From Candidatus Thiomargarita nelsonii (GTDB lineage Bacteria; Pseudomonadota; Gammaproteobacteria; Beggiatoales; Beggiatoaceae), in contig JSZA02000037.1 of assembly GCA_000785145.2 (NCBI GenBank), positions 1,992 to 65,991 on the forward strand: a DNA stretch of 64,000 nucleotides, in the 5' to 3' direction. Shown here piece by piece: positions 10,536 to 19,492 of the stretch. The translations under genes were made by a program, and so were the position numbers. The notes under the pieces were generated by a model. The model saw only the letters and a list, made by a program, of their open reading frames with translations. It had not been told where the DNA came from and did not search any database. The first letter of the stretch is position 1. Each line of letters starts with the position of its first letter.

Positions 10536-11120
10536 ATGTTTGAAGCTATTGTCATCGGCGCCTCGGCTGGGGGGTTGAAAGCACTAACTAGCGTTTTAGG
10601 GGCACTGCCAAGCGAATTTCCGCTGCCCATTATCATAGTGCAACATTTACATCCCCATTCTGATAGCTATTTAGCACATATTTTAGATACTAAATGTCAA
10701 TTAAAGGTTAAACAGGCAGATGAAAAAGAAAGCATTGTTGCTGGAATCGTCTATGTTGCACCACCCAACTATCATTTGCTGGTAGAAGAAGACCGAACTT
10801 TTTCGCTCACTTGTGAAGAGCCGGTTAAGTTTGCGCGTCCCTCGGTGGATGTGTTATTTGAGACGGCTATTTATGCTTATAGAAACAAGCTCATTGGGAT
10901 TATTTTAACCGGTGCTAATAACGATGGTAGCCAAGGCGTAACAAAAATTAAAAAAATGGGCGGATATGTGATTGTACAAGCACCTACAACAGCGGAAGCA
11001 GATGCGATGCCTCAAGCGGCTATTGCCGCCACTCAAGTTGATGAAATTTTGCCTATAAACCAAATAGGTCCTTATTTATTGCAATTAATTAATCAATCGA
11101 AAAATAGAGCTAATTTCTAG
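10536..11120 (+). CDS. cheB: CheB-type protein-glutamate methylesterase, catalytic domain only (no receiver)
   Basis: VIGASAGGLKAL...PIIIVQHL...HLLV...RPSVDVLF...LTGANNDG. Confidence 0.85.
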   Translation: MFEAIVIGASAGGLKALTSVLGALPSEFPLPIIIVQHLHPHSDSYLAHILDTKCQLKVKQADEKESIVAGIVYVAPPNYHLLVEEDRTFSLTCEEPVKFARPSVDVLFETAIYAYRNKLIGIILTGANNDGSQGVTKIKKMGGYVIVQAPTTAEADAMPQAAIAATQVDEILPINQIGPYLLQLINQSKNRANF

Positions 11121-11125
11121 AAATA

Positions 11126-11148
11126 GGAGTCCAAGATTTATCTTGGAC
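11126..11148. repeat. GGAG-hairpin REP copy
   Basis: Exact motif 5 nt after the cheB stop. Confidence 0.9.
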
Positions 11149-11286
11149 TTCTCCTACCACCCAGGTATAATCTCTTCGTTGTTTAGCGTAGCGATCTTCG
11201 TTGCGGGAAATCCGCGCAGCGAAATTCCCGAAACAAATTTTCTGGACAACTATACCACGATAATAGCTCAACCCAGGTATAATCTC

Positions 11287-11643
11287 TTGCAAACACTTAT
11301 CGATTTTCTGAATTTCCGAATTTTTATCAGCCCCTACATTCTGCTAATTTGTTATTACTTAGGGGCTATCGGACTTCCAATTATGGGCTGGCTCTTCATG
11401 CTGTGGATAAAACGCAAATTTTGGGCAGCCTCTAAAATTTATGACAAAAGCAAACAATTGTCAAAAGAATACATCCCGCTCAAAATTCGGATAAGCTTTT
11501 TTATCCTGTTCCTTTTCTTTTTCATCTCCATGGAAATTGTTTGGCGCATGATGTTTGAATTTTTAATCGCCTATCTTCAAATGTGGGAGGCACTAATGGA
11601 ATTGAACAGCCCCCCTTCATTTGTTAAAAACAACCGTCTTTAA
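11287..11643 (+). CDS. Small 2-TM membrane protein (DUF4282-like); start uncertain
   Basis: LIDFLNFRIFISPYILLICYYLGAIGLPIMGWLF resembles the DUF4282 N-terminus. The 5' part of the track ORF (from 11143) is repeat-encoded. A TTG at 11287 or ATG at 11383 are possible starts. Confidence 0.3.
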   Translation: MQTLIDFLNFRIFISPYILLICYYLGAIGLPIMGWLFMLWIKRKFWAASKIYDKSKQLSKEYIPLKIRISFFILFLFFFISMEIVWRMMFEFLIAYLQMWEALMELNSPPSFVKNNRL

Positions 11644-13107
11644 ACCATCATAATTACCATCCGGCGCCAAAGTATAGCCGCTGACTCGTTGACGGCTTGC
11701 TAACACATGATCTTCATACCACAAGGGAACGTATGGTAATTCATTAAATAGCGCGACTTGTAATTCACGGTAGCCTGCTGCCCCCGCATCTAAAGTCGTC
11801 GCCGCCTCAGCTTGCTCAATCAAAGCATCTATTTTGGGATCCTTCAACCGCCCCCGATTGGCACCATTAGGCGGTACTGCGCTACTATGAAACACATAGC
11901 GGAAAATATCGGGCATTTTAATGCCCACCCATGAGAGGCTGTACAATTGAAAATGTCCCTTTTTGATGTCACCGTAAAAGGTACCCCAATCATAAGTGCG
12001 TAAATCCATCTCAATACCGACTTCTGCTAATTGTTGCTGAATCACAGTAGCAATGCGAATACGAAAGGGATTGTTAGACGTTTTATAGGACAATTTTAAG
12101 GGATTGCTTTGAGAAAATCCTGCTTGCGCCAACAAAGCGCGGGCTTTTTTAGGACTATAAGCATAAGCCGGCAAACCAGGATGCCCCGCCCAATGGGTAG
12201 GCGGTAATAAAAAACTACTCGCCGTGCGAGCGGCATCACCTAGCAAATAGTGAATAATTTCTTCACGATTGATCGCATAAGCAATCGCTTCTCGCACCGC
12301 AAATTGTCCCGTCACAGGATTTTCCATATTAAAACCTAAATAAGTAAAATTCGTACCTTGTCCTTTACTCACCTTGATTTCTGGGCGCTTTGTCAACCAA
12401 GTGACTAATTCTGGCGACAAATCACTTTGTAAAATGTCCACTTCACCACGCACCAGTTTTAGTGCTCTGACGACGGGATCTTTGACTTCTAAAAATTCAA
12501 TGACTTGTCCATCACTGCGCCGCCGCAAAAATAAATGAGTGGATTCTGCCCATTTGACCAATTCAAATCCATCACTGCCCACCGGTTTTTTATTAAACGG
12601 GTGTTGACTGTCGATAAGAGCGGCAGAGACGATGCCAACCACTAAGCGTCCAGGGAACAAAACGTCTTGTTTTTCCAGCACAAAATCAATGGTATCAGCA
12701 TCTTGCACATTAATTTCTTTGATAAGACTCAAAGAACCACGATGAGGTGAGGCATTCTTAACGTCTAAGATAAAATCATAAGTCGCTTTAACATCGTGCG
12801 CTGTTAATCGTGCGCCGTTGTGAAAAACTCGCCCATTGTCGCCCAAGTGAAAGCGATATTGTGTTGGACTCAATTGTTCCCAAGTTGCTAAATCAGGTAT
12901 CGGGCGCAAACTGTCATCAAAGTCAACCAAGGCATGGTACAACAAGCGATTAATCCGCGTTGAAGTCGCATCCGTCGCAAAACGTGGATCTAAACTGATT
13001 GGTGCCCTTGATAGCCCAAAGCGTAAACTATCTGGTTGGGGATCGTGACAGCCAGAAAGTAGAATTAAACTCAATAAAAAAAATAAAAAACTTTTTTTCA
13101 CGAACAA
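11617..13107 (-). CDS. ABC transporter substrate-binding lipoprotein, family 5 (peptide/nickel type)
   Basis: Lipobox LLSGC; SBP_bac_5-like length and motifs (496 aa). Confidence 0.8.
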   Translation of the reverse strand: MFVKKSFLFFLLSLILLSGCHDPQPDSLRFGLSRAPISLDPRFATDATSTRINRLLYHALVDFDDSLRPIPDLATWEQLSPTQYRFHLGDNGRVFHNGARLTAHDVKATYDFILDVKNASPHRGSLSLIKEINVQDADTIDFVLEKQDVLFPGRLVVGIVSAALIDSQHPFNKKPVGSDGFELVKWAESTHLFLRRRSDGQVIEFLEVKDPVVRALKLVRGEVDILQSDLSPELVTWLTKRPEIKVSKGQGTNFTYLGFNMENPVTGQFAVREAIAYAINREEIIHYLLGDAARTASSFLLPPTHWAGHPGLPAYAYSPKKARALLAQAGFSQSNPLKLSYKTSNNPFRIRIATVIQQQLAEVGIEMDLRTYDWGTFYGDIKKGHFQLYSLSWVGIKMPDIFRYVFHSSAVPPNGANRGRLKDPKIDALIEQAEAATTLDAGAAGYRELQVALFNELPYVPLWYEDHVLASRQRVSGYTLAPDGNYDGLKTVVFNK

Positions 13108-13124
13108 ATAGCCTTTAGCGTTAA

Positions 13125-13226
13125 TAGACTTGTCCCTAAATAACTTAAAGGTGCATAAGTCGGGTGGATATCGCTCCGCGTATCCACCCTACAGGCCATG
13201 ATTACAATTAAAAAGGGACAAGTCTA
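13125..13226. mobile_element. ~102-bp MITE-like element with TAGACTTGTCCCT / AGGGACAAGTCTA termini enclosing a GGTGGAT REP hairpin
   Basis: 13-nt perfect terminal inverted repeats. The same terminus recurs at about 35260. Confidence 0.7.
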
Positions 13227-13240
13227 ATGTATTTTTGTTT

Positions 13241-13268
13241 GGAGTCCAAAGCTTTAGCTTTGGACTCC
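13241..13268. repeat. GGAG-hairpin variant with AAAGC/GCTTT stem (perfect 28-nt palindrome)
   Basis: GGAGTCCAAAGCTTTAGCTTTGGACTCC. Confidence 0.9.
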
Positions 13269-13321
13269 AAAATACACGATCATCTGTTTTTACGAAAATG
13301 CAGAATACCCCAAGCCAGATA

Positions 13322-13459
13322 CAATGCCATTAAGTTAAGACTATGTAGGGTGGATTAAGCCTGTAGAGTATCCACCAAAACTTATATATTAATCAGGTGG
13401 ATACGCGGAGCAATAGCCACCCTACATGTATGGTTTTTTAGCTTAACTTAATGGCATTG
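13322..13459. mobile_element. ~138-bp MITE/REPIN with CAATGCCATTAAGTTAAG termini enclosing two GTAGGGTGGAT REPs
   Basis: Terminal inverted repeats CAATGCCATTAAGTTAAG / CTTAACTTAATGGCATTG. Confidence 0.8.
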
Positions 13460-13469
13460 CAAGCCAGAT

Positions 13470-13985
13470 AGCCTTTTTTACCCGACTCAATCCAGTGATT
13501 CAGCCCCACTTTCATACGATCAATATAGTCTTGAGAACAAACCTTCAAAATATCATCGTTGCGAACTTTGACTTCTGCTCAGTCATTTCAATGACTTGAA
13601 TCTTTTCAAAGCCCAAATTTTCAGCACTTTGAGTATAAAAACCAATAGAACCCATTGAATACTATCTATATTGCTGCGCTTCTGACGGAATCGCTTCAAA
13701 GTTCCCGTCTATCACACGAAGCTTGTCGGCGAGTCCCAGTTTTTCGTTTAACTGGCGATTACGTTGATTTTGAATTTCGCTCAGATTCAGGCAATCAACG
13801 TGACAACCCGATGTTTTTGCCAGATAGCCGGCACCGATATCCAGTACGCGGGTAGATTCATTTAATTTCTGAAGTCATTTAGTGATCATCTCCATTTTCT
13901 TCTTTGTATTTCTTTTCAGCAACGTGGACAAAAAAGTCAGGTTCACTTTGGTGATAGGTTTCCTGAAAATCGCCGTAGGTTGCGC
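13470..13985 (-). pseudogene. Degraded sarcosine/dimethylglycine N-methyltransferase-like SAM methyltransferase
   Basis: Own translation: STRVLDIGAGY..LAKTSGCHVDCLNLSEIQNQRNRQLNEKLGLADKLRVIDGNFEAIP, then a stop. Later fragments are MGSIGFYTQSAENLGFEKIQVIEMTEQ and, in other frames, a GLNHWIESGKK-like piece. An internal deletion plus frameshifts. Confidence 0.5.
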
Positions 13986-14011
13986 TGAAAACCCACCTCC
14001 TTCATCAGAGT

Positions 14012-14159
14012 CAATGCCATTAAATTAAGGTTTTTTTGTAGGGTGGGTAGAGCGAGAGCGAAACCCACCATTGTTATAAATTTCAACGATTTGGTGGGTG
14101 CAGCGAAGCTCTACCCACCCTACAAAAAAAACGTATTTCTGCTTAACTTAATGGCATTG
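14012..14159. mobile_element. ~148-bp MITE/REPIN of the same family (GTAGGGTGGGTA REP pair)
   Basis: CAATGCCATTAAATTAAG...TGTAGGGTGGGTAGAGCG...CTCTACCCACCCTACA...CTTAACTTAATGGCATTG. Confidence 0.8.
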
Positions 14160-14267
14160 ATGTCAGTCAGCTCAGTACCGGATAATTTATTTAAATCATT
14201 GATTGTTTGTGACAAGAAAAAAAATGTCCTGTACTGAGGTACAGTTATATTCTTTGGGGATGATGCT

Positions 14268-14575
14268 TTAAAAGTCAAGTCTGCCACGCATGTTCAGGCT
14301 CCATATAGCACCAGGGCGGCTTGTGATTGGAGAGGACGACCAGTAGCGTTTCATCTGTACGTGCGAGAACGCATCACCTTCTTTCCAATGAGCGGTGCCA
14401 GCCGCGTTGGAAAGTGCTGCTCCAATTCGTCTATTGTCGGCAAACGCCACATACCTGGTTTGGAGCCATCCTGAAGTCCACATTGTCCATGCGCTAGATT
14501 GGCGGCACTTTGCTTGGCTCTTTTCCAAGTCAGTTCGCCAAAACAATTGGTATTAATAATATCAAGAGTAGGACT
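14268..14575 (-). pseudogene. DUF1566 (Lcl C-terminal-like) domain fragment, frameshifted and 5'-truncated
   Basis: One frame gives ELTWKRAKQSAANLAHGQCGLQDGSKPGMWRLPTIDELEQ; a second frame gives KRYWSSSPITS...AIWSLNM. The two halves of the domain lie in different frames. Confidence 0.5.
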
Positions 14576-14643
14576 TTCATCCAGCGTGTTTGAGTTATAA
14601 TCATATACACTCTATGTGATTCAAATCTTATGGAATTTTTAAA

Positions 14644-14889
14644 ATGCCAACTATTCAGCAAATAATTCAAAGTAATAAAATTGAATCAATTTATGCACTG
14701 GTTTATACCCCCAATCGCCAGCGTAGCCGTCATCGTTTTCCAGAAAATTGCGTCTTTAAAATGGACGGAGAACAAGAGGCTAAAACCGCCGCTAACCCCA
14801 ATAAAAATCTTTACCCTGCTTTGATTTGTGGCCCTTCAAAGTCTTCGGAAGGTTATATGTTGTATTATTTAATAGAATGGTTAGATTAA
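14644..14889 (+). CDS. Hypothetical protein (81 aa)
   Basis: ORF only, no recognisable motif; lies within a cluster of pseudogenes. Confidence 0.3.
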   Translation: MPTIQQIIQSNKIESIYALVYTPNRQRSRHRFPENCVFKMDGEQEAKTAANPNKNLYPALICGPSKSSEGYMLYYLIEWLD

Positions 14890-14910
14890 GCCAAGCTAAG
14901 ACAGTTTAAA

Positions 14911-14933
14911 GGAGTCCAAGATTTATCTTGGAC
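14911..14933. repeat. GGAG-hairpin REP copy
   Basis: Exact motif; truncates the vapC remnant. Confidence 0.9.
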
Positions 14934-15110
14934 CATTCTCTTGCAGAAACCATTTAACCACGATGCTCGTGTCTAATACCCAATTTTCCATGCTTGATCA
15001 CGCCCCCGCCTAATAATTTCTGTACTATCATATTTTTGCCCTAAAGAATCGCGCAATTGCTGAATACTCTGTAATAATGACTCTCCCTCATGGCGAACCG
15101 CTAATTTGTA
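14934..15110 (-). pseudogene. Remnant of a vapBC-type TA pair (antitoxin C-terminus + first ~16 codons of a PIN toxin)
   Basis: Own translation ...KLAVRHEGESLLQSIQQLRDSLGQKYDSTEIIRRGRDQAWKIGY* with no start codon. An overlapping VLDTSIVVKWFLQENG (PIN N-terminus) is cut off by the repeat at 14911-14933. Confidence 0.45.
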
Positions 15111-15117
15111 GATTTTA

Positions 15118-15766
15118 TCATGACGGCAAAGCAAATACCAAAGCAATAGGCAAACTGATAAAACTCATCACATTACCCAACATAACGATAGCCGCGACTT
15201 TATGGGGCTCCTGTTGATATTCTTCTGCAATCACATAATTGACAACGGCAGGGGCAACATTGCAAATATCAGCAATCCGCCCGCCTGTATCGGTGTCAAC
15301 CAAGGACGTCTCAACCCATAAAACTCAGCCGCACGCCACAATTTCCTAACATTTCAATCGGTTTTAACCATAATGCTGGCAGCGATACTTTTGTCAGACT
15401 CACGCCTGCAATAGCCGCTTGAATCAGTGGCTCTTTCAACAATTCTAACACTGAGGCACGTTGGCTCACTATATAGATTCCCAAGGTAGCCCCCAAAATG
15501 GCAGTAATCATTAAAAACAACATAGCCACTGGCAAGCCAATATCTCCAAATGCAAATAACGCCACCGGAATACCCATATTACCCGTATTCACAAACATAA
15601 AAGACTTATCGCATAAGACACTGAATAACAAGGCAGGTGTGAATATTGCCATATTAAGACGGTTGACAGCACTTATATCTATCGGGCGTAAACGCGCATA
15701 CAGATAGCCCACTGCCACAATGGCAAAAATGGGAAAGAGAATGGTAAAAATGCGGCTAATTAGCAT
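15118..15766 (-). pseudogene. AEC (auxin efflux carrier) family transporter, split and shortened
   Basis: The N-terminal ORF (MLISRIFTILFPIFAIVAVGYLY...) and a 61-aa C-terminal ORF are in different frames. Together they encode ~215 aa, versus ~300 aa for the family. Confidence 0.6.
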
Positions 15767-15776
15767 GGTTCGGTAC

Positions 15777-16769
15777 TTACCACCATGCCATCACTTGATT
15801 ATGACCGCCTTCTTTGGCAGCCTCTAACATCACCTCTGCATGCTGTATCAATTCTTCTTTAGAAATGCCCATCCCCGGCGCGAGACTCTCATCAAATTCA
15901 TTGTGAGAAACGTTGACATTCTGTGCAACACCGATACTGACAGTGAGTTTGAGCGGAATACCAAGTCGCGTCGAAAAAGCATATCGATCACAGCGTCCCC
16001 GAATCCGCTCTGCTAAAAGATATGCACCATCTATATTTGTATTTGGCAACATAACGATAAACGTTTTATCATCATAGCGACAAGGAATGTCTATTTCTTG
16101 GCGTATCGAGGTGTTTAAAATTCTAGCAAATTCTTGTAACACTCTATTACCTTCTTGATAGCCGCCGCTTGAATTAATTTGGTTGAAATGGTCTATTTCT
16201 ATCAATAATATTGATAATATACCGCCATGTCGATGGATTCTCGTCATTTCTTCTTGTAAACGTATATCAAAATAAGGCCGCGTGTACAAATTAGTGAGAG
16301 TATCCTGGGTGACTGATTCAATGATTTGTTCCTTTTCCGTAGAAACATCTTCTAAGATGCTTGCCATCAAGGGGGCCAACATTTTCAACATTTGCAAACG
16401 TTCAGAAGCTATGCAGTTTTTTTGAGCCATCACGACAACGCCAACCACCGGTTTGCTTTCGCCGCCCAATAGTGGTAAACATAAACATTCAAAACCGCTG
16501 TTAGTCTTTTTATAGGTGGGAAAAGGTAATGACCACTTTTTAACGATTAGACATGGATAGGTTTGTGTTTGCCTCGTAGAAATAATTTTTGCAAAAGGAG
16601 TATCCTTAAATTTAATTTTTCTTTCATTGCTATGCAAGATAACTTGCCCTTGCTTAAACACGCCAACAACCCCACAATTCTGATTCTCCAATACCCTAAA
16701 TAGGGCGACTAATTGACTATTTGCTAAGCGGGCTAGGGTATCAAGTGTTTGTTTAATTAATTGCTCCAT
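15777..16769 (-). CDS. GAF domain + degenerate GGDEF domain protein
   Basis: The GGDEF-domain fold motifs are present (DTLTNLYTRPYF, LLIEIDHFNQIN), but the active-site position reads RYDDKTF instead of GGDEF. ATG 16769 is preferred over TTG 16781. Confidence 0.8.
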   Translation of the reverse strand: MEQLIKQTLDTLARLANSQLVALFRVLENQNCGVVGVFKQGQVILHSNERKIKFKDTPFAKIISTRQTQTYPCLIVKKWSLPFPTYKKTNSGFECLCLPLLGGESKPVVGVVVMAQKNCIASERLQMLKMLAPLMASILEDVSTEKEQIIESVTQDTLTNLYTRPYFDIRLQEEMTRIHRHGGILSILLIEIDHFNQINSSGGYQEGNRVLQEFARILNTSIRQEIDIPCRYDDKTFIVMLPNTNIDGAYLLAERIRGRCDRYAFSTRLGIPLKLTVSIGVAQNVNVSHNEFDESLAPGMGISKEELIQHAEVMLEAAKEGGHNQVMAWW

Positions 16770-16910
16770 AATTTTTCTCAATTTAAACTACAGCTACTAA
16801 TAAACTTTTCTAACTATATATCCAATTTCCATACCAGTCTCAATTATAATGTAAATAAAGACATTCCTTGGAGATTTAGGTGAACCCAAAAAACGGGGTT
16901 TTCAGATATA

Positions 16911-17672
16911 ATGGTAGAAATATTAAGTTTATTATTAGTAGGCGTTATTGCCGGGACATTAGCCGGCTTGTTAGGTGTTGGCGGTGGCATTATTATTGTA
17001 CCAAGCTTAGTGTGGATTTTTCATAACCAGCTTCCAGCCCTTATGCATATTGCAATAGGCACAAGTCTCGCTACAATAGTGATAACATCAATTTCATCTA
17101 TCATCGCCCATCATCGGGCAGTGCTATGGTCAATTGTTTGGCAACTCAGCCCCGGCATCATCGTTGGTGCTTTTGTAGGTGCTATTATTGCCAATGCCTT
17201 GCCGACTGAAATTTTGCGAAAATTTTTTGCAATATTCATTTTACTGGTTTCGGCACAACTGGCTTTGTTACCCCCCCCAGCTTCACATCGTCAATTGCCA
17301 GGCAAATTAGGTTTAAGCATCACAGGTACAGTGATAGGCAAAATGTCTGCACTAGTGGGGATTGGTGGTGGCTCACTCACCGTCCCATTTTTAGTTTGGT
17401 GTAATATACCCATCCGCAATGCGGTAGCAACGTCTGCGGCTTGTGGTTTTCCCATTGCAGTTTCGGGGATGATTGGATTTATTGTCACTGGCTGGCATAT
17501 CAGTGGTCCGTGGATGAGTGGTTATATTTATTGGCCAGCATTCATTGCGATTACGCCTGCGACTTTACTCTTTGCACCATTAGGTGCAAAATTAGCGCAT
17601 ACTCTGCCTGCCAACAGCCTGAAAAAATTGTTTGCAGTCTTTTTGGCAGGGGTAGGGGTTAATATGTTTTAA
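16911..17672 (+). CDS. TauE/SafE (TSUP, DUF81) family anion exporter
   Basis: 253 aa with 7-8 TM helices and duplicated GVGGG / GIGGG motifs. Confidence 0.8.
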   Translation: MVEILSLLLVGVIAGTLAGLLGVGGGIIIVPSLVWIFHNQLPALMHIAIGTSLATIVITSISSIIAHHRAVLWSIVWQLSPGIIVGAFVGAIIANALPTEILRKFFAIFILLVSAQLALLPPPASHRQLPGKLGLSITGTVIGKMSALVGIGGGSLTVPFLVWCNIPIRNAVATSAACGFPIAVSGMIGFIVTGWHISGPWMSGYIYWPAFIAITPATLLFAPLGAKLAHTLPANSLKKLFAVFLAGVGVNMF

Positions 17673-17685
17673 AGGAGAGAAAACT

Positions 17686-17916
17686 ATGAGGTTCGATTCA
17701 AAGATTGGCAACTATAGACCTCGACGGAAAAAAAAGCGTTATTGGTTGGTGTTGATTTTATTATTGGCGGTGGGGGGATATTTCGCGCTGCCAAGCATTC
17801 TCAAATCCATCGAACAAGCAGAACAAGCAGAAACCATTATGGAAAACGAACCTGAAACAGGGGCTGATAAACAAATTATCAAAACGATCCCTCTGCCCGA
17901 ACTGGGTGCTTCATAA
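17686..17916 (+). CDS. Small single-TM protein (76 aa)
   Basis: AGGAGAG RBS 6 nt upstream; basic N-terminus, one TM, acidic tail. Confidence 0.4.
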   Translation: MRFDSKIGNYRPRRKKKRYWLVLILLLAVGGYFALPSILKSIEQAEQAETIMENEPETGADKQIIKTIPLPELGAS

Positions 17917-17921
17917 AGGCA

Positions 17922-17945
17922 TCCAAAGCTAAAGCTTTGGACTCC
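17922..17945. repeat. GGAG-hairpin variant (AAAGC stem), partial left arm
   Basis: TCCAAAGCTAAAGCTTTGGACTCC. Confidence 0.8.
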
Positions 17946-17974
17946 ATACATTTTTTATGTTTTGTTTAGCGGCG

Positions 17975-18135
17975 CTGACTTCGTATCGGGAATGGAGCTA
18001 CGCGGATTTCCCGAAACTAGGACAAAGTTATGTTTTGTTTCGGGAATGGAGCTACGCGGATTTCCCGAAACTAGGACAAAGTTATGTTTTATGTTTTGTT
18101 TCGGGAATGGAGCTACGCGGATTTCCAGAAACTAG
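17975..18135. repeat. Three tandem copies (~53-60 bp period) of the CGGGAA hairpin TCGGGAATGGAGCTACGCGGATTTCCCGAAAC plus spacer
   Basis: Direct reading; the track ORF 17957-18160 is its translation. Confidence 0.9.
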
Positions 18136-18148
18136 GAAAATATTTGTA

Positions 18149-19273
18149 TTACAAAAATAAAGTTAAAATCCCCGTCAATCCATATAATCGTTGATAATAG
18201 ATTTCACCATTGGCAAAAAAGCCAACCAACGGAAAATCACCTAAAACCTGTTGAATAGTTTTAACTTCTTCAGAATTTTTACCAAATAGATTTTGTCCGC
18301 GCCCCATACAAGAATAGTACACGCCCCCTTTAGGTTGTTTACCTTTTAAGCGTTTCTTGAGGATATTAAGCATTTTCACTAAATCTTGATGAGCCGTTTC
18401 TTTTTCGCGGCGAGTAAACATAATAGGCATACCCGAATTGACCACATCACTTATCGCCAACATTTTGTGTTTAGGATCGATGCCAATTAAGTTTCTAACC
18501 AAATAGTCGCCCGTATCTGAACCAATAATCGGTAAAGCCGGAAAAATTAAGCCTGCCACTTGATCGAGATCATTTGCTAATTCTGTTCCAATATCTTCTT
18601 TAAAAACATCAAGCGCCGGACGCTCATCAATACGGACAATGATATTCTTACTAGATTCAGTGATTTGATGACGTGGACCTAATGGTAAACATCCTTGACT
18701 CAAGCGAGTTGTAACTGCAACGGCACTGGAAAAGAGTACGCCCGATAATCCACCCTCAACAAGCGTATCAGCAATTTGCAAATGTTGATGACGCGAACTT
18801 GTCAATCCCCCAACCAAAAATCCATCACCTAAGCGTTCACTCATTTGATAGACGAGCTTGGCTATCTGCTGATGACGCGGATCGCCGTGGACAATACCAA
18901 ACATAGCTTGTTTATTATCACACCATGATTGATGAGTACGGGAAAATTCCTCAAAATTTTTGTTGATAGTGCTAAAAACAGAAAAGGATTCTTCTGAAAA
19001 TTCTCCCAACATGACCGCTATGGCGGGGACATTAAAATATTCTTTGGCAAGACTACAAATACTTATGCCAACCGTGCCCACCCAATGAGGTACATTGGTT
19101 TGTTGTTTAAAATAATCAAGAATATCGGGCACATCATCGGCTAACAAGTCAGTTGTGTATAAAAATCCAATATTAGCAGAACTGCTTGTTAAATCACCCA
19201 TTTGATTTAAACAGGCTTGTGCGGCATCCTCCCACTTTGTTGCCTGTGCATGGCCGAATTTAAAAGTTTCCAT
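18149..19273 (-). CDS. FIST (N+C) domain signal-transduction protein
   Basis: 374 aa; the C-terminal GFFANGEI motif and overall layout are typical of FIST_C. Confidence 0.75.
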   Translation of the reverse strand: METFKFGHAQATKWEDAAQACLNQMGDLTSSSANIGFLYTTDLLADDVPDILDYFKQQTNVPHWVGTVGISICSLAKEYFNVPAIAVMLGEFSEESFSVFSTINKNFEEFSRTHQSWCDNKQAMFGIVHGDPRHQQIAKLVYQMSERLGDGFLVGGLTSSRHQHLQIADTLVEGGLSGVLFSSAVAVTTRLSQGCLPLGPRHQITESSKNIIVRIDERPALDVFKEDIGTELANDLDQVAGLIFPALPIIGSDTGDYLVRNLIGIDPKHKMLAISDVVNSGMPIMFTRREKETAHQDLVKMLNILKKRLKGKQPKGGVYYSCMGRGQNLFGKNSEEVKTIQQVLGDFPLVGFFANGEIYYQRLYGLTGILTLFL

Positions 19274-19318
19274 GATTTCTCCTTGTTCAGGTTAGTACTA
19301 GTACGCTGTCAAGCTTAA

Positions 19319-19466
19319 ATTGACGGGTAATGTAGGGTGCGTCCCACGCACCAAGCTTTGGAAGGTGCGTAGGACGCACCCTACAAAATAAGATTGACGG
19401 ATAATGTAGGGTGCGTCCCACGCACCAAGCTTTGGAAGGTGCGTAGGACGCACCCTACAAAATAAG
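19319..19466. repeat. Two tandem 74-bp units, each containing a GTAGGGTGCG REPIN
   Basis: ATTGACGGrTAATGTAGGGTGCGTCCCACGCACCAAGCTTTGGAAGGTGCGTAGGACGCACCCTACAAAATAAG x2, followed by a partial third unit. Confidence 0.9.
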
Positions 19467-19492
19467 ATTGACAAGGTACTAGGTATAATACA

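Noticed and set aside
11110-11292. Small ORFs made of repeats here and elsewhere (17957-18160, 20418-20663, 28424-28720, 13655-13855, 14043-14237, 35352-35618, 52292-52495)
   Set aside because: Their sequences are translations of REP/REPIN/hairpin elements (recurring QDKSWTPI and FPETR-like peptides), or they lie antisense to pseudogene debris.
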